Virus record (IMG/VR): IMGVR_UViG_3300036770_007539
Coordinates: 237,008-301,007 of that record
Length of the DNA: 64,000 nucleotides
Reading direction: 5' to 3' (one strand)
The translations under genes were made by a program, and so were the position numbers. Shown one piece after another: positions 9,041-19,883 of this stretch; positions within the stretch are counted from its first letter, which is position 1; each line of letters opens with the position of its first letter. Under the pieces are notes generated by a model. That model saw only the letters and a list, made by a program, of their open reading frames with translations. It did no database searches and was not told the origin of the DNA.

Positions 9041-9666
9041 ACTGACTCCTTATATCCGCGAGCAATGCATCGAAAAGTATTTATAGAAGTTAAATTATCT
9101 CTAATAGTAATCTTTAAAGAATCGCTTCCTCCAGAGGTAAGAACTACAGGCTTGTCAAAATTAATGTCAAAATGAATATAGTCTTCTGTAGAACTCACTG
9201 AGTTAATTAAGTTTGTGAAAGAGTCTGCATATTTCAAAAAATCACCTAAAAATCTAATAGGCTCATTTGAAATGTCTACTGTTTCTCCGGATTGAACAGT
9301 TTGTATAAGAATTCCATTAGTTAATGGCGTTCCGCCGCCTGTAGCGGTTCCAAATCTTCGAAAATCAGCAGTGTTTATTTCTAAGCTGGCATCTTCTAAA
9401 AATATTCTGATTCCATTAATCCATTGAGTAAATCCCGGAATAGAAACAATATTAAAAGTCACATTAGTTACCGATCCGTTAACATTCATATCAGGCGAAA
9501 TGCCGTTTACTAAATATTCTCTTAGCTGTCTTAAATTGGACAAATCAGGCGATGGAACTCCTTTAGAAGTTTCTGGCAACAACTGCACTCTAAGAGCATT
9601 GTTTTCAGTTACTGCAACTGCTCTATTGGTTCCAGTTCCATCAATAATTACTGATTTTAAGCTCAT
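9037..9666 (-). CDS. Putative virion structural protein
   Basis: 209 aa; N-terminal IIDGTGT motif shared with the next two ORFs. Confidence 0.5.
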   Translation of the reverse strand: MSLKSVIIDGTGTNRAVAVTENNALRVQLLPETSKGVPSPDLSNLRQLREYLVNGISPDMNVNGSVTNVTFNIVSIPGFTQWINGIRIFLEDASLEINTADFRRFGTATGGGTPLTNGILIQTVQSGETVDISNEPIRFLGDFLKYADSFTNLINSVSSTEDYIHFDINFDKPVVLTSGGSDSLKITIRDNLTSINTFRCIARGYKESV

Positions 9667-9675
9667 AAATTAACC

Positions 9676-10263
9676 TCATGCAAAATACGCACAAATTAAA
9701 TTCAAAGATACGTCTGCATTGGCTCCAACAGGTGTAAAAGTTACGGCAATTGTATCAGAAGTTCCTAAAACCAAAGCGCCTTGAAGAACTAGTTCATTAA
9801 AGCCAGCTGAAACATAGCCCAAAGATATTTCATTTCCTGCAGAAGATCCTACTGTTTGACCTGATGCATTTGCCCTATAAGCAACCCCAGAGAATCCCTT
9901 GCTGCTAGGAACATATAACTGTATTGGAGTTACAGCCGTTCCGCCAGATAATACTGTTCCGCCAGTAGTTTTTCTCCAAAGTTTCCAAACGCCCGCCGTA
10001 GTGCTACCAGCTGAAATTCCACCAACCGATAGCGGAAACAAGCCGTCATTTCTAACCCACAAAACTCCAGATTCTGTACCGGCTACCAAGCCAGTAATAA
10101 GACCTGTAGCAGAGTTTACAGCGGTATTTATTGTAAAAGCATCCTGTCTTTCTGCTGATGCCAATGCAATTGAGGGGATTGATTCTGCTTGTACTTTTAA
10201 TTTGTTTTTCGAAGTAACTGCAGCTAAATACCCTTGACCCGTTCCATCTTCAATTTTTGACAT
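9676..10263 (-). CDS. Putative virion structural protein
   Basis: 195 aa, Gly/Ser/Thr-rich; IEDGTGQGYLAAV. Confidence 0.5.
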   Translation of the reverse strand: MSKIEDGTGQGYLAAVTSKNKLKVQAESIPSIALASAERQDAFTINTAVNSATGLITGLVAGTESGVLWVRNDGLFPLSVGGISAGSTTAGVWKLWRKTTGGTVLSGGTAVTPIQLYVPSSKGFSGVAYRANASGQTVGSSAGNEISLGYVSAGFNELVLQGALVLGTSDTIAVTFTPVGANADVSLNLICAYFA

Positions 10264-10277
10264 ATTAATCCCTTGAT

Positions 10278-10862
10278 TTAAGCCACATTAACATAACCGG
10301 AAAAACCGGTATATGCATTAATTGTTTGAGCGCCATTAGCTGTGATAGTTACTAATAGGCTTTGTCCTCTTGGAATAGTTAGGTCTACTTCGCCAAATAC
10401 TCTTGTTGAGGCTGTTTGAGTTTGAAATAATAGTGGTGAAGAAGGCGGCGTTGCAAGCAAAGGCGTACCAGAATCTTGCTTCTTTGCATCAAATGCAAAA
10501 GATCTTCCTTCTCCAATTCGTCTGTTTTGAGGTGTAATGGCGACTCCCCCTGATACAGCGCTTGGATTTGCCCAAACTTTTAATAAAGCATTTTCAGTAG
10601 GTGCTCCACCAGCCACTCCAAGACCAATAAACCAGGCAGATATAAGAACATCATATGGCTCATTGTTTTTAAAATAAAATAATGGAGTTTGGGTTCCAAT
10701 AGTAATAGATACAAATTCTGTATTTAAATTAAAACCTAAGCCTTTAGCGCTTGCTTCTTCAAAAGTGGTTTGATTAACCGCTGAAGTAACTAATCTATTG
10801 TTATTATCAACGGAAGCCAGAAATCCTCTGCCTTTTCCGTCTTGAATAAAACTATTATTCAT
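10278..10862 (-). CDS. Putative virion structural protein
   Basis: 194 aa; IQDGKGRGFLASV; paralog-like to 9676..10263. Confidence 0.5.
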   Translation of the reverse strand: MNNSFIQDGKGRGFLASVDNNNRLVTSAVNQTTFEEASAKGLGFNLNTEFVSITIGTQTPLFYFKNNEPYDVLISAWFIGLGVAGGAPTENALLKVWANPSAVSGGVAITPQNRRIGEGRSFAFDAKKQDSGTPLLATPPSSPLLFQTQTASTRVFGEVDLTIPRGQSLLVTITANGAQTINAYTGFSGYVNVA

Positions 10863-11380
10863 AATGGGTCCTTTTCACCTGTAATTGATTCGAGCTGTCT
10901 ACGTATTAATGTTAATTCAGATAGCATTTGACTCATTAACATTGTTAATTGCCTGGATTCTACCGATAAAGAATTGGTATTATTTATCTCGGCAGAAGAT
11001 AATTTTGCACCACTTCCATCTGAAATTTTTACATTCAAAGTTTCTGGAAATTTTTTTCTAAAAATAGAAGCTGTTACTCCAGCGACAGATGTTCCTGATA
11101 ATGCCCAGTGAACTTTTACCGTTGGACTTTTGTTTAAATTTAAAATAATTACCTGAGCCACAGGCTCATTAATTGTAACAGATGATATTGCCTCTCCTAT
11201 GAGAGTATTTTCATCTGCTGGATCGACTTCAGATAAACTAAATGTTATAGAAGACCCTGAAGTTACTGGACCTGCAATATTATATACCAATCCTACTTCT
11301 GAGAATGAACCGGCTCTAAAAATAAAAGAACCATCAGAAGTAATGGTTTGATTATTTAATACAATTTCTGCGTCGCTCAT
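10859..11380 (-). CDS. Putative virion structural protein
   Basis: Beta-rich with a C-terminal coiled segment; ATGA-coupled. Confidence 0.5.
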   Translation of the reverse strand: MSDAEIVLNNQTITSDGSFIFRAGSFSEVGLVYNIAGPVTSGSSITFSLSEVDPADENTLIGEAISSVTINEPVAQVIILNLNKSPTVKVHWALSGTSVAGVTASIFRKKFPETLNVKISDGSGAKLSSAEINNTNSLSVESRQLTMLMSQMLSELTLIRRQLESITGEKDPL

Positions 11381-13158
11381 CTTATCTCCGACCAAGTTAA
11401 ATCAGCTTCGACATTGGTTCTGCCCACTGCCTCATTAACAGCTACAACAGTTAACGTATCAGCAACATTTGTTCCAGTTCCAGAAAAACCAGCAGTTCTG
11501 ATGATTCTGCCTTGAATATTAAAGAATTTAGAAATATCTATGTCTTGATGTCCTGAGTCTTCGGGTATAAACCCATGATAAATTAATTCCCCTCCAGAAT
11601 AAGAAGTTGCTGATTCATCGTACTCGACACCAGATTTAGAATTAACAGAATTCCAACTGCTGCCCGTTAAAGTTGCACCATAAATTAATTTAAAAGATAT
11701 TTTATATCCTTCCGTGCTAGCAGATAATAACTTTGGAAGAATCAACATTCTATTTGTGACTCCATTAAATGTAGCCTTGGGTCGAATTGATAATACGGGA
11801 ATTTCTGTTAAACCAACTAATTTTGGAACACTAGAATCAATAGCATGGATCCATTCAAAAGGTTCTTGCTGTTGCCCTTGAGCAGCTACACGAGCACAAA
11901 TTAATTTTACAGATCCTGCTGATGAAGCTGCCGTATTAGTAACTCGAACTTGAATTGGTAATGTGGCGGTCTTCATGTATGGAGCCGTTAAAGTGTTGGC
12001 ATGTTTTACTTCATGAACTAAAACTCCATCAACTGAATATCTTGTTGTTCCAACCCCAAACCATTGAAGTTCTATTTGGAAAATATTTCCCTTACTTAAA
12101 TCCAATGTTATTCCGCTAGGACCGCTACCATTCAAAGGATCAATATTCCAGGCGCTTTGATTATAAGTGGTTTCTACCGGAGCGCCTGAAGTACTGCTTC
12201 TTTCTACAATGGAAAAAGTTGTGCCTGATAATCTGAAAAATAACCCATCTTGATCATCAAAGTAGCCCCACTCCCTAACTTGATTAACTTGCCCGGTATC
12301 CGAATTAATAATAGACATATCAACTAATTGAGTATAGCTTGATTGATACTTGTAATATGTATTGGTTCTTATTTCAGAAGTGGAACCTGATGCACTTGTG
12401 ACTTCAACTTTTATAGCCGACTCTGCAGCTTCGTGAGTGGCAGCGCCTCCAGTAGAAGTTTTAATATCCCAATAACGAGAATCTAATTCATATTTGCTAG
12501 TTAAATCCGCAAATGTGTATAATTGTGCAACTTTTAATTCTTGTGATAAAGTGGCTTTGACTGGAGTGTTATTAGAGTCAAATAATTGAATCGGCTGTTT
12601 GGTCGTTCCAGTAGGATCGACCCTTAAAGGATTGCTTGAAGTTCCTGTTTCAACAGAGCCTCCAGATGCACTGGCTCTAAGCATGCTGCCAATAACATAT
12701 TCATTTCCAACACCAGTATTTGCATCAAAGACTCTGGCGCTTTGCATGTTGGAGCCATCATTGAATCCTGAAGCAGTTCCATTTTCAGGAAATGGAAAAT
12801 CGAAAGGATCGGTTGATGTGTAACCATCGCCACTGCCGCCGCCACCAGTGGATTGAGCAAAGTTATATATTGACGCATCATTTTGAATAAGGATAGTGGC
12901 TGATACACCAGCTACTAGTCTAAACCAAATTTTATTAATGTTTGAATAATTAACTAATAAACTCTTGATTCCTAAAGTAGAATTTAATTCACCATGTACA
13001 TTAGTTCCATCGAAAGAAATTTCAACGATAGCATTGCTTTCGTTAATAAATAATAAAGAATTATATTCAATAATATCAAAGACTACATCAGGCTCTACGT
13101 CAAAAGTAGAGCTTAATATAGTAAATTTTTGAAATAAAAAACGCTCTTTTCGTGCCAA
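11377..13158 (-). CDS. Large putative virion/tail protein with a lectin-like beta-sandwich region
   Basis: 593 aa, TTG start; REWGYFDDQDGLFF, QWFGVG motifs. Confidence 0.55.
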   Translation of the reverse strand: MARKERFLFQKFTILSSTFDVEPDVVFDIIEYNSLLFINESNAIVEISFDGTNVHGELNSTLGIKSLLVNYSNINKIWFRLVAGVSATILIQNDASIYNFAQSTGGGGSGDGYTSTDPFDFPFPENGTASGFNDGSNMQSARVFDANTGVGNEYVIGSMLRASASGGSVETGTSSNPLRVDPTGTTKQPIQLFDSNNTPVKATLSQELKVAQLYTFADLTSKYELDSRYWDIKTSTGGAATHEAAESAIKVEVTSASGSTSEIRTNTYYKYQSSYTQLVDMSIINSDTGQVNQVREWGYFDDQDGLFFRLSGTTFSIVERSSTSGAPVETTYNQSAWNIDPLNGSGPSGITLDLSKGNIFQIELQWFGVGTTRYSVDGVLVHEVKHANTLTAPYMKTATLPIQVRVTNTAASSAGSVKLICARVAAQGQQQEPFEWIHAIDSSVPKLVGLTEIPVLSIRPKATFNGVTNRMLILPKLLSASTEGYKISFKLIYGATLTGSSWNSVNSKSGVEYDESATSYSGGELIYHGFIPEDSGHQDIDISKFFNIQGRIIRTAGFSGTGTNVADTLTVVAVNEAVGRTNVEADLTWSEIR

Positions 13159-13382
13159 AGTTTTCCCCTACTTATATAATACCATTTAAATAGTTTAATT
13201 ATTTAATTATTTAATAATTTAAAAACATCAAAAAGTAAAAAGGCTACAGCAAAATCACTGCAACCTTTTTAAATGAAGGTGAAGAAACTGGAATTTTTCA
13301 AATAAAAAACGCTCTTTTCTGGTGGTCATATGCCCTCTTGTTATTATGGCGTTTAAATGATATTATTTTAAAAAATAAAGAA

Positions 13383-13404
13383 ACCGCAGCTATTACACTG
13401 CGGT
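13383..13404. terminator. Rho-independent terminator, possibly bidirectional
   Basis: ACCGCAG/CTGCGGT stem, flanked by A and T tracts. Confidence 0.6.
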
Positions 13405-13432
13405 CTCTTTATTTTTTTTTTGATGTAAAATA

Positions 13433-14905
13433 TCAGGTTATATCGAAGTAAATGTTAATAGTATTAGTACCATCATTTAATACTGCATAATAACTACCAG
13501 CAGTTAAACTTTCATCGGGCACTAAAGTTACAGATCCTCCTGTTACAGTACCGCTATCAATTAAAACATCAGGAGAAGCATCTAAGTATAGTTGCCAGCT
13601 ACCTTCGCCAGAAACAGTGATTTCTGTAGGCTCTTCAACTAAATTATATTGTGTTTCTGATGTGATTTGATATACAACGCCATTGATTGTAATAGTTACG
13701 AAACCAGAACCATCGGCAATCAATTCAGTTACTCTAGCATCGCCACTGGCGGAACCATCACCCCAAAGAGCGTGAACTTCTCCAGTGTATCCTGCAGGAA
13801 GTTCATAATAATCAAAAGATCCAAGCTTAACGGTAAAGCTGTTGGTACTAGCAGCTGAACCAAATTTAATAAACATTGGACGATTTGAGTTGTTGTAGAT
13901 AATTGCGCCTTCACGATCATTATTTGCAGCTAACAATGTAATATCGCTAGCGGAAACTGCGTGAGTGGTTACAATTGCTGAGTTAGCTTTGGACTCATTA
14001 ACTTGAAGAGCACCGTTGCTATCGAGTTTAAAGATTTGAACATTGGTTCCGTCCCAACCACCTGAGAGAAGTGGGAATCCTACTGGAGCAGAACCTGCTG
14101 CAGCAGCGCCGACCATAATTAAACGACCTTGGTCATCAGAGAGAACGTCTCTGGTAACGTCGCTGCTATCTGATGCACCAATTCTAACAGGGCTCCCTGC
14201 AATGGCAACGCCTTTAGCAGCGGCGCCAACATAAATTAAACGACCAGCTGTATCGGTTAAAACATCAGTGGTATCATAACCGTCAGAACCACCTAAGCGC
14301 ACTGGAGCACCAGCGACTGCACTTCCAGCGTCTCCAGCTCCAACACTAACTAAACGTCCAGCCGCATCTGCCAAAACATCAATGGCATCTGTGGAGTTTT
14401 TAGCAGCTATTCTGACTGGTGCTCCTGCTAAAGCAATCCCTGAATCAGCTGCTCCAGCAATGATAAGTTTGCCAGTGGAATCTGACAAGAGGTCTCTAGT
14501 GTCGGTACCATCAGAAGCTCCTAATCTTACAGGGTTTCCCACTGTAGCAGAACCGGAAGCTCCAAGACCGCCTACACTTGCAAGAAGTTCAGAAGCATCG
14601 TCTTGAACAATTGAAAGGTCTGTTGGGAAGTTATCGATGTCGATATGTCCCATAATTTTGAGTTCATCGCCATCACCTGCAGCGCCTTGGGTAGAAAGTA
14701 ACCCACCTGCAGGAGCGCCAGAAGTTCCAGCGCCTACAGCTAACTGGCGGCTATTTTCATCAAGTGAAATATAATGAGTATTTGTTCCATCAGAGCCAGC
14801 AAGTAGAATTGCAGCACTTTGTGCTGGTAATGAACTTCCGTCTTTAACAACGGCTTCATAGCCATCACTATTGAAGACGGTTGCAGTAGGAGAAGTTAAA
14901 GCCAT
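13433..14905 (-). CDS. Repeat-containing fibre/adhesin paralog 1
   Basis: Tandem ~39 aa GA..G.A.AGAPVR.G.SD..D.L.D..GRL repeats. Confidence 0.65.
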   Translation of the reverse strand: MALTSPTATVFNSDGYEAVVKDGSSLPAQSAAILLAGSDGTNTHYISLDENSRQLAVGAGTSGAPAGGLLSTQGAAGDGDELKIMGHIDIDNFPTDLSIVQDDASELLASVGGLGASGSATVGNPVRLGASDGTDTRDLLSDSTGKLIIAGAADSGIALAGAPVRIAAKNSTDAIDVLADAAGRLVSVGAGDAGSAVAGAPVRLGGSDGYDTTDVLTDTAGRLIYVGAAAKGVAIAGSPVRIGASDSSDVTRDVLSDDQGRLIMVGAAAAGSAPVGFPLLSGGWDGTNVQIFKLDSNGALQVNESKANSAIVTTHAVSASDITLLAANNDREGAIIYNNSNRPMFIKFGSAASTNSFTVKLGSFDYYELPAGYTGEVHALWGDGSASGDARVTELIADGSGFVTITINGVVYQITSETQYNLVEEPTEITVSGEGSWQLYLDASPDVLIDSGTVTGGSVTLVPDESLTAGSYYAVLNDGTNTINIYFDIT

Positions 14906-15149
14906 AGTTATCCTATAAAAAAAGTAAAATTTTAACGTTTTTGTTTGTGTTTAACTTGCTCTTAACTTTTTTCTGTCTATAGATATACGATAATATTGCA
15001 AAAATATAAGTAAATGGTAATAAAAAATTAAAACCATTCAAATATTATTAAATCGTAAAATTGAACAAAAAAACAAAAGGCTGAGGATCTTGCGACCCCC
15101 AGCCTTTCAGGTTTTATTTACGGATTATTGGTCATATTGGTGGAGGGAA

Positions 15150-17327
15150 TCACACGCCGCCGCCTCCGCCGCCGCCACCGCCACCGTTAAGCTCCCAAAA
15201 TACCAACCTAAAGGTGACACCGCTAGCTACCACAATCCAATGGTATTGGATTGTGGGAACACTACCAAATGGTGTTACAAATGTCGAAGCCGTAGAATGT
15301 GTGGATCCCTTGCTCTCGTATAGAGCTATGTCTAGCTCTGCTAGGTCTACAGGCATTCCACCGCCAACTGCCGACCCTTCTGGTGCCGGACCACCCGGGT
15401 ATGTGTTGTAGAAAATGTTTCCTGTGGATTGGAAGCTGCTATTCGAAGAGTATACTGTCAAATGCTGGGATGCAAATGTGGAAGATATGCTGCCAGGTGT
15501 CCCGGTATTATTACCATCGGAACTAACCTCATATACTCCGTCTTCTGCAACTGTGACTGTATTGGTATTGGTTACAGGACCTTCGAGCGTCCACGTCACA
15601 TCGTCATATGTTAATGTCACTGCACCCCCGCCGCCGCCGCCACCCCCGCCGCCGCCGCCAACAACATCCACAATGAGTCTGAGATCTCCCGTAGAATCTG
15701 AGCTATTGTAGAATGTGGCTTCGATGAGGTACCATTCTCCTGCAGTGATGTCTCCTGAGCCAACTTCTACAAGTGAGTTCTCAAAGACATCGTAGCTTCC
15801 GCTTCCACCATCGTCGTCATCAGCGACCAAGATGTTGGATCCTGTGTAGGAACTTCCCTCAAACAGATAGATGTAGTTGTCCTCGGACTGTACTTCATCC
15901 GTCTGTACACCGAGTCGTATACGGAGCGTTTCTCCTGGTTCAAGAGTAGGTGCTTGGAACTTGAAGTACTTCCCGTAGATCGTTTCTCCCATGTCTACGC
16001 TTCTATACTGCGCCACTACACTGGTGTCTACAGTGAAGTCATAAACTGTTCCATCGGTCAAGACCAGAGTGGGGTTAGCTGCGGTTCCTGATGCGCCACC
16101 GCCACCACCGCCGCCACCGCCACCACCGCCAGGGGCAAGTTCGGTTACTCTGGCAGATCCTGCAGCAGCTGCATCACCCCAGATGCCAGAAATTTCTCCA
16201 GTGAAACCTGCTGGTACAATATATTGAGCTTGTGGGGCAAGTCTAGCAGTAAAACTAGAAGTGCTTGCAGAAGCACCCAATTTTACATAGAGGAATTTAT
16301 TTGAGTCATTAAATACAATTGCGCCTTCACGAGCAGCATTAGAAGCTAATAAGCTTGCGCTACTTGTGGTTGCTGCTGTCTCATAGAGAGTAGCTTCGGA
16401 AGCTTTAACTTCGCTAACTTGTAGCGCCCCATTAGCGTCAAGTCTGAAGATTTGAACGTTAGTTCCATCCCAACCACCGGCAAGAACAGGATTTCCAGAA
16501 GGCGCAGAATCATCAGCTGCTGCACCTACCATAATTAAGCGACCCTGATCATCAGAGAGAATATCACGAGTGACATCCCCTGCATCAGAAGCTCCTAATC
16601 TAACAGGGCTTCCTACGATTGCATCTCCATTGTTTGCTGCACCGGATACAAGTAAACGACCAGCTGAATCCGTTAGAATATCAGTTGTATCCGTGCTGTC
16701 TGATCCGCCCATTCGTAATGGAGCACCTGCAACTGCATCTCCGGCTGAAGCAGCGCCTACATTAATTAAACGACCAGCGGCATCAGCAAGGACATTGATA
16801 GCATTAGTGCCATCGGAAGCTCCGACACGAACTGGAGCCCCAGCTAATGCATCGCCGCTTGATGCAGCACCAACAACAAGCAATCTACCAGAAGAATCTG
16901 ATAACAAGTCAAGAGTTGTTCCATCTGCTTCATTTTTAAGTCCAAGACGAACCGGATTACCAACGAGAGCTGCGCCAGAAGCGCCGAGACCGCCTACGCT
17001 GGCAAGAAGTTCGGAAGCATCATCTTGAACGATAGAGAGATCTGTTGGAAAGTTATCGATGTCGATATGACCCATAACTTTGATTTCATCACCATCGCCA
17101 GCAGCGCCTTGCATGCTAACAACATCGCCAGAAGGTGAGCCAGAAGTACCTGCACCGACGATTAATTCACGACCAGAAGAGTCAAGTGTAATGTATTGAC
17201 TGTTAGTTCCATCAGAGCCTGCTAGCAAAAGAGCTGCGCTATTTTCTGATAATGCTAAACCATTTTTTGTAGATATATCATAACCGTCTTGATTAAACAA
17301 GACTTGAGTTGGAGATTTAAGAGGCAT
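15150..17327 (-). CDS. Repeat-containing fibre/adhesin paralog 2 with poly-Gly linkers and a PPC-like domain
   Basis: Same repeats; three poly-Gly tracts; DNYIYL..ADDDDGGSG..G.WYLIEAT pattern. Confidence 0.65.
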   Translation of the reverse strand: MPLKSPTQVLFNQDGYDISTKNGLALSENSAALLLAGSDGTNSQYITLDSSGRELIVGAGTSGSPSGDVVSMQGAAGDGDEIKVMGHIDIDNFPTDLSIVQDDASELLASVGGLGASGAALVGNPVRLGLKNEADGTTLDLLSDSSGRLLVVGAASSGDALAGAPVRVGASDGTNAINVLADAAGRLINVGAASAGDAVAGAPLRMGGSDSTDTTDILTDSAGRLLVSGAANNGDAIVGSPVRLGASDAGDVTRDILSDDQGRLIMVGAAADDSAPSGNPVLAGGWDGTNVQIFRLDANGALQVSEVKASEATLYETAATTSSASLLASNAAREGAIVFNDSNKFLYVKLGASASTSSFTARLAPQAQYIVPAGFTGEISGIWGDAAAAGSARVTELAPGGGGGGGGGGGGASGTAANPTLVLTDGTVYDFTVDTSVVAQYRSVDMGETIYGKYFKFQAPTLEPGETLRIRLGVQTDEVQSEDNYIYLFEGSSYTGSNILVADDDDGGSGSYDVFENSLVEVGSGDITAGEWYLIEATFYNSSDSTGDLRLIVDVVGGGGGGGGGGGGAVTLTYDDVTWTLEGPVTNTNTVTVAEDGVYEVSSDGNNTGTPGSISSTFASQHLTVYSSNSSFQSTGNIFYNTYPGGPAPEGSAVGGGMPVDLAELDIALYESKGSTHSTASTFVTPFGSVPTIQYHWIVVASGVTFRLVFWELNGGGGGGGGGGV

Positions 17328-17473
17328 GTTTTTCCTATAGGTTAAAGTAAATAAATGTAATTGTTCTTGCCTTTACTTTCTCTTGCTCTCTTTGTTGTAA
17401 ATTTAAAGTTTATTATTATCCGGATTTAAAACTTTAAATTTACATTTTATATATATGCATTATTATTATAAAA

Positions 17474-17509
17474 AAAACGCTGCGCAGAATTTCTTCTGTG
17501 CAGCGTTTT
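17474..17509 (-). terminator. Rho-independent terminator
   Basis: 14-bp stem followed by a U tract on the minus strand. Confidence 0.7.
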
Positions 17510-17558
17510 CAGCCTAGAAAACTATTTAACTTTAACGAAGTTAAACAGTTTTTGTTTA

Positions 17559-18752
17559 TCAGGCTTCGAGTTCGGTGCAGCGTGCTGCGCCAGAAGCGGC
17601 AGCGTCGTCCCAAACACCGTGGATTGAGCCGGTGAAGCCGGAGGGGATTTCGAAGTAACCCATTGCGCCAACTTTGACTGAGAAGCTTGCTGTTGATGCA
17701 GCGCCACCGAGTTTGAGGTAGAGAGGACGGTTTGAATCGTTATAGATCATGCCGCCTTCACGGTCTGCGTTTGAAGCAAGGAATTCAGCAGAGGTTGTTG
17801 AGCAAGAAGAGCTTGAAACGGCTGCTGTTGCTGGTTTGACTTCGTTGATTTGAAGTGCGCCGTTGCTGTCGAGTTTGAAGGTTTGAACGTTGGTGCCGTC
17901 CCAGCCTGCCATGAGGACAGGGTTGCCGGAAGGAGCAGAGCCAGCAGCTGCTGCGCCTACCATGATCAAGCGACCTTGGTCGTCAGAGAGGATGTCACGG
18001 GTTACATCTGAAGAGTCAGATGCGCCGATACGTACTGGTGAACCAGAAACGGCTGCGCCGTCAGCTGCTGCACCGGAGATGAGGAGACGACCATCTGCAT
18101 CGGTGAGGATGTCGGTGGTGTCGGTTCCGTCAGAACCGCCCATGCGAACAGGGGCGCCTGCAACGGCGGAGCCTGCATCAGCAGCGCCGACCATTACGAG
18201 ACGACCAGCTGCATCAGCGAGTACGTCGATTGCATTGGTGCCATCAGAAGCGCCGATGCGGACAGGTGCGCCAGCGAGTGCTGCACCGGAGTCAGCAGCG
18301 CCAACGACGAGAAGGCGACCAGCAGAGTCAGAGAGGAGGTCACGGGTGTTGGTGCCGTCAGATGCGCCAATGCGAACTGGGTTGCCGACGAGGGCTGCAC
18401 CAGAAGCGCCGAGACCGCCTACGCTGGCAAGAAGTTCGGAAGCATCATCTTGAACGACGGAGAAGTCTGTTGGGAAGTTGTCAACGTCAACGTGACCCAT
18501 GACTTTGAGTTCGTCGCCGGTACCAGCAGTACCTTGGATGGAGAGAACTCCACCAGCTGGTGAACCTGCGGTGCCTGCGCCGACTACAAGTTGACGACCA
18601 TCAGAGTCGAGAGAAATGTAGTGGGTATCGGTACCATCAGAACCTGCAATGAGAAGTGCTGCACTGTTTTCTGCGAGTGCAAGACCATCTTTGACTGCAA
18701 TTTCATAACCATCAGAGTTAAAAAGAACGGAAACAGGTGATTCTAAAGCCAT
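17559..18752 (-). CDS. Repeat-containing fibre/adhesin paralog 3 (core only)
   Basis: Same N-terminus and repeats; ends right after the shared C-terminal domain. Confidence 0.65.
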   Translation of the reverse strand: MALESPVSVLFNSDGYEIAVKDGLALAENSAALLIAGSDGTDTHYISLDSDGRQLVVGAGTAGSPAGGVLSIQGTAGTGDELKVMGHVDVDNFPTDFSVVQDDASELLASVGGLGASGAALVGNPVRIGASDGTNTRDLLSDSAGRLLVVGAADSGAALAGAPVRIGASDGTNAIDVLADAAGRLVMVGAADAGSAVAGAPVRMGGSDGTDTTDILTDADGRLLISGAAADGAAVSGSPVRIGASDSSDVTRDILSDDQGRLIMVGAAAAGSAPSGNPVLMAGWDGTNVQTFKLDSNGALQINEVKPATAAVSSSSCSTTSAEFLASNADREGGMIYNDSNRPLYLKLGGAASTASFSVKVGAMGYFEIPSGFTGSIHGVWDDAAASGAARCTELEA

Positions 18753-19068
18753 TTTTTATCCTATAAATTTAGTTAGTTTTACTTACCGGTTAGTAGTTAA
18801 CTTAATTTGCCCAACATTGGGCGTCTTGCAGTTTGAAATGTCTTACGATATTTTTAATATCAAATAGATACAGAAAATATCCCATGTCAAAAAAATTTTT
18901 GCTATTTTGTCACATTGACAGTTTAATTCCTAATATTTTGTTAATGATATAGTTAGATTTAAGTCTAAGTTTATTGTCATTGATAATTGTTGTAATTGTC
19001 GTGCGAAATTAATCTTTCTTAATTATATACAACAAAATGTATAGAAATTTGATTAGTCAAAAAATTTT

Positions 19069-19743
19069 TTAATATTTAGTAATGCTTCTGGTTCTAGTTG
19101 TTTCTACAACGCCCGAATAAGTAATAGTATCTGTAACTGTAGCTAGTACTGTGCTTCCATCTGTAGCATATGACATCCACGTTACTTCAGATACTGTTCT
19201 ATTTGGATTATAAGTTAATACTTTTTCAACAATCTTTTGGCTTTTATCATTGGATGTCCACCAAACAATATTTGTGGGAAATACATTGCCTAATGGTAAA
19301 GTTTCTTTATATGCGCCTGTGGCAAAGCCTTCATATGGACCACGATCTGCTAAATGTATTAATCTTCTTAATGCATCATGGTCTACCCATTCAGGAGCTT
19401 CGCCAGGACCTTTTGCTTGTAAGAAATATCCATCAGGTCCGGGTGGTAAATTGACCCAATCATTTCCATCATAATATAAAGTAGAGCCATACGTTGCGCC
19501 AGGAACGTGAATGGTTGTAGTATTAATTGGCTCCCAAGATAAATTGTCATCGGTTCTACGATACAATACGTTAATGTCACTTCTCCAGAAAATTTCTCCT
19601 GGATAAGTTGGTGCCTCAGGAAAAGCTACGCCCGATGGCATTCCAAGAACGCCACCACATTCACGATCAAATTGCAATACCCCGGTTATTGTTCTATCCG
19701 AGGAATCGTTGATCTGTATCTGGGCTACTACTAATCCGGACAT
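19069..19743 (-). CDS. Putative tail fibre/virion protein
   Basis: GSTLYYDGNDWVNLPPGPDGYFL fibre-like motif. Confidence 0.5.
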   Translation of the reverse strand: MSGLVVAQIQINDSSDRTITGVLQFDRECGGVLGMPSGVAFPEAPTYPGEIFWRSDINVLYRRTDDNLSWEPINTTTIHVPGATYGSTLYYDGNDWVNLPPGPDGYFLQAKGPGEAPEWVDHDALRRLIHLADRGPYEGFATGAYKETLPLGNVFPTNIVWWTSNDKSQKIVEKVLTYNPNRTVSEVTWMSYATDGSTVLATVTDTITYSGVVETTRTRSITKY

Positions 19744-19883
19744 AAGCGACTACGATTATATATTATTATTGTATTTGACTACATTGTCATACAATGAGTT
19801 GGAACCAATTAAATTCATTATATTTTTTTCAAATATTTTTTTGTATTCTCCATTAAAAACAAAAAAATTACCGAAAGATAAAA

